64,000 nt of DNA from the human T2T-CHM13v2.0 reference genome, Homo sapiens: the NCBI RefSeq assembly GCF_009914755.1, contig NC_060934.1; one strand, 5' to 3'. The translations under genes were made by a program, and so were the position numbers. Each line of letters starts with the position of its first letter. Position 1 is the first letter of the stretch. Of the stretch, positions 55,856 through 64,000 are shown in pieces. The notes below the pieces were generated by a model. It saw only the letters and a list, made by a program, of their open reading frames with translations, was not told the origin of the DNA and searched no databases.

Positions 55856-56261
55856 AGGTCTAATTGGATAGTAGTGATTGGACCATGGTGGTAAGATATG
55901 AGGCCTGATTGGAAAGCAGTGATTGGACTCTGTTGGGAAGACATGAGACCTGATTTGACAGCATTGATTGGACCCTGGTGGTAAAACATGAGGCCTGATT
56001 GGAGAGTAGTATTGGACCCTGGTGGTAGGATATGAGGCCTGATTGGAGAGCGGTGATTGGACCCTGGTGGCAAGACATGCGGACTGATTGGAGAGCAGTG
56101 ATTGGATCCTGGTGGTAGGACATGAGGCCTGATTGTAGATCAGTGATTGGACCCTGGTGGGAGGATATGAGACCTGACTGGGGAACACTGATTGGACCCT
56201 GGTGGGAGGACATCAGGCCTGATTGGAGGGCAGTGATTGGACCTGGTAGCAGGACACATGG
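55856..56261. repeat. 45-bp minisatellite, ~9 copies, two inverted CCAAT boxes per unit
   Basis: Consensus gattggaccctggtggtaggacatgaggcctgattggagagcagt. Units start at 55876, 55921, 55966, 56011 (44 bp), 56055, 56100, 56145, 56190, with partial units at 55856 and 56235. Confidence 0.97.
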
Positions 56262-56289
56262 CATGAAGAGAAGCAGGTGCAGCTGAGGC

Positions 56290-56570
56290 TGCAGTCAGCC
56301 TGAAGAGTGTCCTGGGGAGCTGGCTAAGGAATTGGAATCCTTCTTGGGGAGGCAGTGAAAGTTGATTTGCTTATTTTAAGCAGGAAGTGATATGCTTAGA
56401 TTTATATTTTAGAAATGTCACTCGAGGGAGTGATTTAGAACAATAGACTGGAAGGGAGAAAAGGCTGGAGAAGGGGACAGTAGTGGAAGCCAGTGTAGAA
56501 ATTCAGAAGAGAGAGACAGAAAGAGAAGGAGAGAGGCCCTCGCGGGAGCTATCTTAAGGTAGATGCAGGC
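56290..56570 (-). mobile_element. L2 fragment
   Basis: gctaaggaattggaatcc...ttttaagcaggaagtgatatgcttagatttatattttagaaatgtcactc. Confidence 0.65.
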
Positions 56571-56956
56571 ATAAGAAAAAAATCGAAAGAAAAATATCCC
56601 AATAACAAACACAAAACCCCGACAAACACACAGAGTACCTGGTAGACTTCTGCATAAGAGGTTACGGAGTCCCAGGTCCTAGTCTAGAACTTTCTATTCA
56701 TGGGCCTGATATATAGCCCAGGGATCTGCATTTTGATAATCTCCCAGGGGCTTCTGGTGCAGGACGCTAGAGCTCTTGAAGTTCTCCCTTGGTTCTGACC
56801 TTCAGCAAAAGTAACTCCTCCCTTCATGTCCTTTTCTATGAGACTTTCCCAGGGGGCCTCATGACATAACAAGATTCAATAACTACGATTAAGTGCTTCC
56901 TTAGTGTTTGGCATTTTGTGAAGCACTTTAACACCAGCCCTTTTCATGAGTGCCTC

Positions 56957-57108
56957 CGTGCTTCTCAGACTTTAAAGTGCATCATCAGCTGTGCCCCACC
57001 CCCAGGATTTCTCATTCAGGAGGTCTGGGGCGGAGTGTGAAAATTTGCTTTTCTAACAAGTTCCTACAGAGCTGCTGCTGGCCCACCAGCCACATTTTAG
57101 AACCCCTG
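56957..57108. mobile_element. MER5A-like hAT-Charlie (a second MER5-like piece at ~56690-56765)
   Basis: gtgcttctcagacttt...ccccacccccaggatttctcattcaggaggtctggggcgg...atttgcttttctaacaagttcc. Confidence 0.75.
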
Positions 57109-58009
57109 CTGTCCACCACTCATAGGAGGGGCAGGGATTGTTGTCTGTATATGGCTCAGGAAACCAGAGACTTGGCTAGGATAAGTAATTTTCCCAGAGT
57201 GGTAGAGTTGCAGCTAGAACCTGTCTGCCTGAATCTCCAGTTCATATTCTTCACCACAGTCTCAGCCTTTCATGATGCATGACCAGGATTGGTGGAACCC
57301 ATTCTCTGCTGGGCTTACGTCCCCTTTCCTTAATGAGCTAAACTGACTTTGTTACTGCTTTCTTGAAGTCTTCCTGGAATCCTCTGCCATGAGTTGGCCT
57401 CGTCTGTGGGCAGTGGAGGTGTCTGCCTTCCAGCAGTGATTTAAGCATCCTCCAAAGCATCTTCCCGAACTGAAATACCAGAGCTGACATAGTCTCTCAA
57501 TTCCCACCAATACAGTTACCCTTTTAGTTAAGGCTCTGTCTCCAGGTTGTTTCTTAGATTGCGTGTGAGCTCCTGGGTGGCATGGATCACACTGTATTTG
57601 TGTTAGTAGCTCCACACCTAATGCAGTGCTGGACTCATTCTAAACGGGCAGTAAATTGAGTAGAACATGAGTGAATGAAATATGTTACTTGTAGGGTATA
57701 ATAGTTGGACCTATTAACCTAGTCTAACAGGCAAACTAGCTTAGAGGATAATAGGATGGGTACATTTTGAATACCTGGAGGTAGTTAGTATAAAAATGTG
57801 CCACCTTCCTTAGTAAAAGCAAAACTCAGAACCTTCCACAGATAGTGAGACTCTCTTGAAGGGGAGGGGCTGATGGGACTCCTGTCCCAATTTTCCTGTG
57901 ATCATTGCTAATCGCATTGGTACCAGGGATAAGCTGTTTTCTCACTCTATCCTTAGCACAAATGAAGCAGACTGGAACCTTTCTCGGGGATGACACAGGG
58001 ATGTCAAGA

Positions 58010-58861
58010 TGAAATCGGAGGAGTTCCCTTATCCCCCTCACAGGGCATGCAACAGGGGTGTGGCTCGCTTCTTTGATGCCCTGCTGCTGAAACCCCTTGG
58101 GGAAGCATGCAGACGGGCAGGTCATGAAGAGTGTTTTTGGACTCCGACCCCACAGCAGGGTCTAGGGTTGAATGTTTACAGCTCTTGAAGCCCCAGTGGC
58201 GTATGTTACAGTGTATTCTTTCAGTTTTGCTGTCTGCAGGTGGCTTGTGTTAATCAGCTCAATTAGACCCTCTGGCTTATCCCAAGGACAGAGGGCTTTT
58301 TGCATCCCGTGTTCTTGCCCTAGGGTACTGGAAAAATCAGATTACATGTGGGATTGGAGGATTGGTGCAAGATTTTATTGAGTGGTAGAAGTAGCTCTCG
58401 GTGAGGTGGATGGGTGCAAAGTTTTATTGAGTGGTAGAAGTAGCTCTCAGTGAGGTGGATGGGGAGCCAGAAGGGGGGCATGGAGTGGGAAGGTGGTCTT
58501 CCCCTGGGGTAGGGCCACCCAACAGCTGGACTCTCCTCAGACCGTCACTGACTGCCCCTGACTGAATTCTGCGTCATCCCGCCTCAAAGGCCTTGTGGTG
58601 TCTGCTGGTGTCTGTTGGTGTGCTCTTCTGCTCCTCTTGATGTCTAGCTGATTGTGTCTGTGCCTGCTAGGGTCTTGGGTTTTTATGAGCACAGGATTGG
58701 GGGCATGGTGGGCCAGAGTGGTCTTGGAAAATGCAACATTTGGGTGTAAAAACAGGAGTGCCTGTTCTCACTTAGATCCATGGGTACAAGCCCAAGGGTG
58801 AAACCCTCACCAGGGACCCCACCCTTCTCTACCCAGCACTTCCCTGCCCCCTCCTGTATCA
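58010..58861 (-). mobile_element. ERV1-class solo LTR of the LTR1/LTR27/LTR28/MER52 group
   Basis: TG...CA termini, 852 bp, 4-bp TSD aaga at 58006-58009 and 58862-58865. Minus-strand start tgatacaggagggggcagggaagtgctgggtagagaaggg. Confidence 0.85.
58364..58461. repeat. 49-bp tandem duplication inside the LTR
   Basis: ggtgcaaRRttttattgagtggtagaagtagctctcRgtgaggtggatg at 58364 and 58413. Confidence 0.92.
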
Positions 58862-61264
58862 AAGACGGTACCAGGAGTGTAGTCTGGCTGGCTTCCAGGG
58901 CCCCAGGTGTTCTCCTGCTGACTTGACCAGCCACCTCTCAGAGCTCTGGAGACTGTCATCTCTGTCTCAGGTCATCTGGGCCCTTGCTTAGTGGTTCCTG
59001 CTTCTATGCAGTGGGTGCGTTCCTTAATTCCCAGCTCCAGGAGCACCCTCCTAGATACTTGGCCCCTTCCAAACTCAGGCCAACGGAGACGTTTCTTTCA
59101 CTTACCTAGGTCTGCTGTCTTGGACATTGCTTCTCATCCAGAGACACATCTGTTCCCCAGGTGACTCTGACAGACATAGCCTTACTCTTCAACCGATCTC
59201 ACAATCCCCTGCCCACCATCACAATATCCTAATGCAGTAGCGGTGTCAGTCTTATAACTTGAGTGATGCAGGGTGGTGGCGGCGTGAGGAGTGGGCTGGC
59301 ATTTTCTCACAAGGGGCAGCGAGGCCCAGAGTGTAAGGACCACAGGGGTGAAGCAGGAGAAGGATCGGACCTCCCGAACACTCAATTGGCTGCTGCAGAA
59401 TTTTGCTTCCATTAGCCCTGCGTACCTTTGCCCTTAGAAACTCTCTCTTCCCACCACCAGGTTCCTACCACACAATTAGAGTAGACACTCTTTAATTTCC
59501 AACCGCCTTGAGCCCTGGAATCTGCATCAGCAGTCTGGCATTAGCCATGGTCATTTACCGCCTCAGATTCTAAATAACATGGTTTGTGCTGATGGAAAAT
59601 GCCGGCCAGGTCCCTATAGATGTCACTGCTTGTTGTTGCGCTGATGTATACATGCCTATTTCTACTGGAATATAAGGTCTGGGGGAAGGGAAGAGACTGG
59701 GATGAGGCTGAGGGCAAGTGACCTCTCATCCTTTGTTGGTAGTTTTCACACCAGGATTTGGGGTTTGGGTTCCTTGGGGTCTTATGAAAAGCCATTGAGG
59801 TTGGGAATTTTGCAGGGAGGTGTTTTATTTACCTTTCCCCTGCTTGGTGATTCTCAGCTCTGAATGTACCTTTCTGTATCCACATACCTTGTGGATTTAC
59901 TTTTTCCATTTCTTGGAATGATGCAAAATGCCTGGGTTATGACGAACATGGGACTGTATTTTCTATATTTCCTTTACTGAGTATCAGAAAGTTATTTGAA
60001 CTCACAACTTGTTTGCCATTCATGCTTATAATTTCCTGGTATGATTAGCTTCTTCTACACATGTGATCCTTAAGAGGAAAATAAAATTTCCATGATGTTA
60101 GCAATATTCTCGTAGATTTATGCAGTAGGTATAATATTTAAGCTAATTTTATAATGTTTTAAAAAAATCATTGCTGTTTGTCAGCCTGATTCCTTTGTTT
60201 GCGTGTCATCAGTGTCCAATGAGTAGTATGTGTTTCTTCCAGTCATTGTTAAAACCCAATATATGGAAACAGTGTTTATACCAGCAGCTGTTACAAATCT
60301 GGGGCTATGGATTAATGTCAGTTTCTGAATGTAGAGTGCTTTAGTTAATTCCACCCAAGGACAGATGATATCATCTAGGAAGAAGGAATATATTAGAAAC
60401 TGTCAGCCAGAAGGTAGTAAAAGGAGGTGATATGTTATAAGGAGTACTAAAAGGTCATTCAAAGAAGAGATATTGCTAATAACTCAATTAAAATTTTCAC
60501 GCTAACATTTTACAAATTTCTGTGTAAGCCCTAAAACATTTTCAAAGCTAGCTAAATTCATACCATAGATTGGAAAAACAGGGGTCAAATAGGATTCACA
60601 CAATTCCTTTGTGAGATGAACAAATTGGGATAATCTCCTTTTCCAGGAAGTTCTGGCAAGCTAATTCATTGAAACTCCCTTGATATCTAGGTGAGAGGGT
60701 GGGATTTTGTAAGTACACACTTTCACTGGGGATTTTCTGTTTTCTGTGTTACACTTTGGGGCAGGGCAACCCACTCATTTGGTCCTTGACTCTCAGGAAA
60801 CCGGTATTTGCTAAGCTGGTGCATCACTGCAGTTATGCTCTGTATTTTGCTGCCTGGAAAACAAAAGGATCCATGTTCTTCCTGCAAGCCAAGAGGCAAA
60901 ACAAAAAGTGGAGATAAAGGCCGTTAGTGGAGCCTGTACTTGGTGTAGGAGTACTTCCAGACTGTATGATGGGATAGGACCACCATGCTGCACAGTCGGG
61001 CAGCCAGGACAGGAAACGCAGGAACAGCAGGTTCATGAGAGGTCATCTGACCATCTGCCTACTCTCCTGTTTGGGAGGAATGATACTTTCTTGAAGATGT
61101 TCTTACCTGGAGTCCACCTGGCTTCTCTTAGTAGCTCTTTCTAGTGTTCAGTCACTGTTAAGGTTCATTCAGTTCTTCTCCTGTCCAGTGAATATAAGCA
61201 GATTTCTCTTCTTGCTAATTTTTCCCATAGTCATGGAGAGGAAGTGGTCAGTATGTATGGATAC

Positions 61265-62340
61265 ACATACATACATATTTAGCAATGGCTGTAGCTGCCT
61301 CCGGTGTGCTGGTGCTACAGATTTGATGGTAAGGAAAAGTAAAGGTGGCTGCTGCCCTCCTGGAGCTCACCATCTAGCAGAGGTGAAGGTCATTAATTAT
61401 AAAATCACTCACATAAACAGATGTAAAGTCACAATAGGGATAATGAGGCAGGAGAATAAGATCTGGAGGCAGGGAACCTAACGCCGATTCACGCTGACTT
61501 CCTAGAACTGAATCAAAAGGAAAGCCCCAACTTTCCACACTAAGTAACAAAAGGACGAGAGGCTACTCCCTTTGCAAATCCCTCCCCCCCACTACCCCTA
61601 CTTTTCTGCATGGCAGATGGAAAATTGAAAGTACCTCTGATTGATGGCTTTTTGCAACCAATCAGATGTTTGCATAGGAGTGTAACTTTGTAACTTCACT
61701 TTAGCCTCTGATTCGTTGCTTTCCACAACCAGTGAGACTGATTGCAGGCCACCACTTCATTTGCATGGGGTGAACACCAAGTGGCCAATGAGAAACCTCT
61801 AGGAGGAATTTGGACCCCCAAAAGATTCTGTAACCAGGGCCCTTGAGCCTCTGCTCATCCCACTCCTACCCTGTGGAGTGTACTTTCATTTTCAATAAAT
61901 TTCTGCTTTTGTTTGCTTCATTCTTTCCTTACCTTGCTGCGCATTTTGTCCAATTCTTTGTCCAAACTTCCAAGAACCTAGACAACTTGCAGTCAAGACC
62001 CTCTCCTGGTAACAACAGGGGCTAAGGTTTCAGAAAAAGGATATGGTGTTGTGGTGGGACCTTGTTTGACAGATGGAGGTCTGGATTTTCCTGATGAAGT
62101 GTTGGCTCACCTGGGAGCTGAAGGGTGCAGAGTTAACTAGAGGAAAAGAGGAGAGGGAAGAGCATCACAGGCAGAGGGCACAGCAAGTGCAAAGCCTCTT
62201 GACTGGAGGGAGTTTGGTGATTATGAGGAGGAACCGAAAAGAGGCCTGAGTGGTTGTTGAAGGAAGACGGGCAAAACTGAACCTGGGGAGGCGAGCAGGG
62301 TCAGTTAATGGAAGGCCTCACAGGTGGTGGCCAGGAATTT
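61265..62340 (-). mobile_element. L2 fragment split by the MER51 LTR
   Basis: ctgccctcctggagctcaccatctag before the LTR, and gagcatcacaggcagagggcacagcaagtgcaaagcc after it. Confidence 0.7.
61444..62014 (+). mobile_element. MER51 ERV1 solo LTR
   Basis: Starts tgaggcaggagaataagatctggaggcagggaaccta, has ttttcaataaa polyA signal, ends ctggtaaca. Confidence 0.88.
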
Positions 62341-64000
62341 TATTTTTTTTAAATGTGAAATAATTATGGAGGTTGTATTCACTGCAAGCCAAACTCAAAC
62401 TTCTTCTTCTCACTGTAATATAATCATAGTTCCTTTCCTCTTCAATTCTGGGGACCTATATTGGAACTTTCAGCTGAGGATTTCAAACTGAATTTCTTTG
62501 TTTTTTGAAATTCCTTCTGCAAAGGTGTTTGGCATAGAAATGAGGACAGCAGCTATAGAGCACCTAAAATTTTCTACAGGTATCTCAAGATGGAGTGTCT
62601 TAAGAGTCAGAAATTGTGACATGCATGAAAAGATAAAGATATATGTCTTTTCTATGTAGCATGTACACAGGAGGCACTTAATAAATGCTTGCTGATGAAT
62701 CAGAGGTGACATCCAGCTCTCAGGAATGCAAAACAATGTTTTCTGTTTTCCAGCTATCTGAACGTTGCTAACAGAGGGCCTGGGGAGGAGGGACGGGCAC
62801 GACCGCATCTGCTCCTCTGTCCTGTGTGCGTGTTTGGCCACCTGATGCCAACTCCATGATGGCACATTTGTCTTATTAAGTGTAAGCCAATTCCTCTCCC
62901 CCTTCCAGGGCCCTCCTGATGGTGGCTGTGGAGGACAGGGATATGCTGTGAAAGCCCAGTTATTATGGTCTGTAAAGGGAGGTGGTGGCTGCTGGGGAAT
63001 GATCAAATGAAGACAAATGCATTGTTAAGTTTTTATGGACCAAGGCCGCACTTTCATTAAGCGTAATTTACATAACATAACTGATGCTCAAGGCCAAACA
63101 GTCCTTGTGCCCCAGTGACAGTCCCTGACAACCCATGGACCGAGGCCTCATGCACAATCCCCCAGGTCAGGAAACCTCCTCCTTCTCCTTGCTAGCTCAG
63201 CACGCTGGTTGCTCCAGTGCTCTCATTTTGACCTCTCAAGCCAAATGCTGATGACATCAAAGCTACCCATTCTACTACCGATTAGCAGTAAAACCATCGG
63301 GCACTCTCTGGGCAGAGTTCAGGTGCTATGTTCCTTCCTCTTTTCCCACAGGAGTTGGCTTCCTGGTCTGAACCCTCCATAAGCCCTGGCTGGGAATTTT
63401 CCTCACTGTGACCTTGTGAGCAGTCCCTGGTTACCCTCAAGGATTGTGCCAAGCAGGCTCTGGGTTAACATCTTGGAGAGTACAGAGTAGGCTGATAATC
63501 AGCCTATGCTCAACAGCACACCCAAGAGTTGAAGATTTCTGATGGCATCCCTGGGGTGCTCAGCAGTGGCCTTTGTCTGCACCCATCTTCATTACATGTT
63601 AATACCACCAGAGACACTTTGAGGTCAGCCTTTTCACCTTGCACGGCAAAGCAATTATCATTTCCTTTCATTGCAGGGGTGGGCGTTGGTTATCACATGA
63701 TGGATTTTTGCTGGTAATCAGAACTTTCTGCCCATTGGTCTTCAAGACATACTTTTGTGTTGACATTTACAAGGTATGTGTCAGGCAGAGCCGAGGTACT
63801 GAGTGAGGGAATGAAAGGAGGAGGGGGGAGAGGATCATTATATTCAATTTAATGACGACAATTTCCCTACATTTACAACTTCCAGAAGTAAGAGACAATA
63901 GATGTGTGTCTTCTGCTTGCATGTACAATGAAGGAGATGACATGAGGAGATTCTGTTAGTGGGAATGGTGATATATTACCTTAATGATTTCATTGCTTGC

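Noticed and set aside
55856-56261. 45-bp array as a CRISPR-like repeat-spacer array
   Set aside because: The sequences between the GATTGG motifs are diverged copies of each other rather than unique spacers. There are no cas genes and the context is primate.
60633-60696. 44-nt exon-like segment (ccttttccag|GAAG...CTAG|gtgaga)
   Set aside because: Stops in all three frames and no other support. Typical intronic pseudo-exon.
62470-63006. 178-aa - strand ORF
   Set aside because: No recognisable domain, an L2-like stretch (HQQAFIKCLLC) in the middle, and no supporting exon structure.

Overview
This is primate (human-like) nuclear genomic DNA, not a prokaryotic window. It is AT-rich and CpG-depleted with no CpG island, and a large share of it is recognisable interspersed repeat: nine Alu/FLAM copies, seven L1 segments, a full THE1A provirus next to an older MLT1 provirus remnant, solo LTRs (THE1C, LTR33, MLT1G/H, LTR16, LTR1-group, MER51), hAT DNA-transposon fossils (MER3/33, MER58, MER5, MER94), and many MIR and L2 fragments. 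I found no credible host protein-coding exon, tRNA, rRNA or CRISPR array. The longer ORFs are L1 ORF2, MaLR-internal, Alu or minisatellite read-throughs. An apparent T>A excess on the + strand suggests, without proving it, an intron of a + strand gene that I cannot name. The least-explained structure is a ~9-copy 45-bp minisatellite (55856-56261) carrying 15 CCAAT boxes at alternating 31/14-bp spacing, a candidate NF-Y array. Other notable items are a base-exact twin-primed L1PA inversion, a self-templated insertion inside an old L1, and two adjacent MaLR proviruses with visibly homologous ORF remnants. Subfamily names come from recalled consensus sequences and need RepeatMasker/Dfam confirmation. 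I see no firm evidence for a new biological system.
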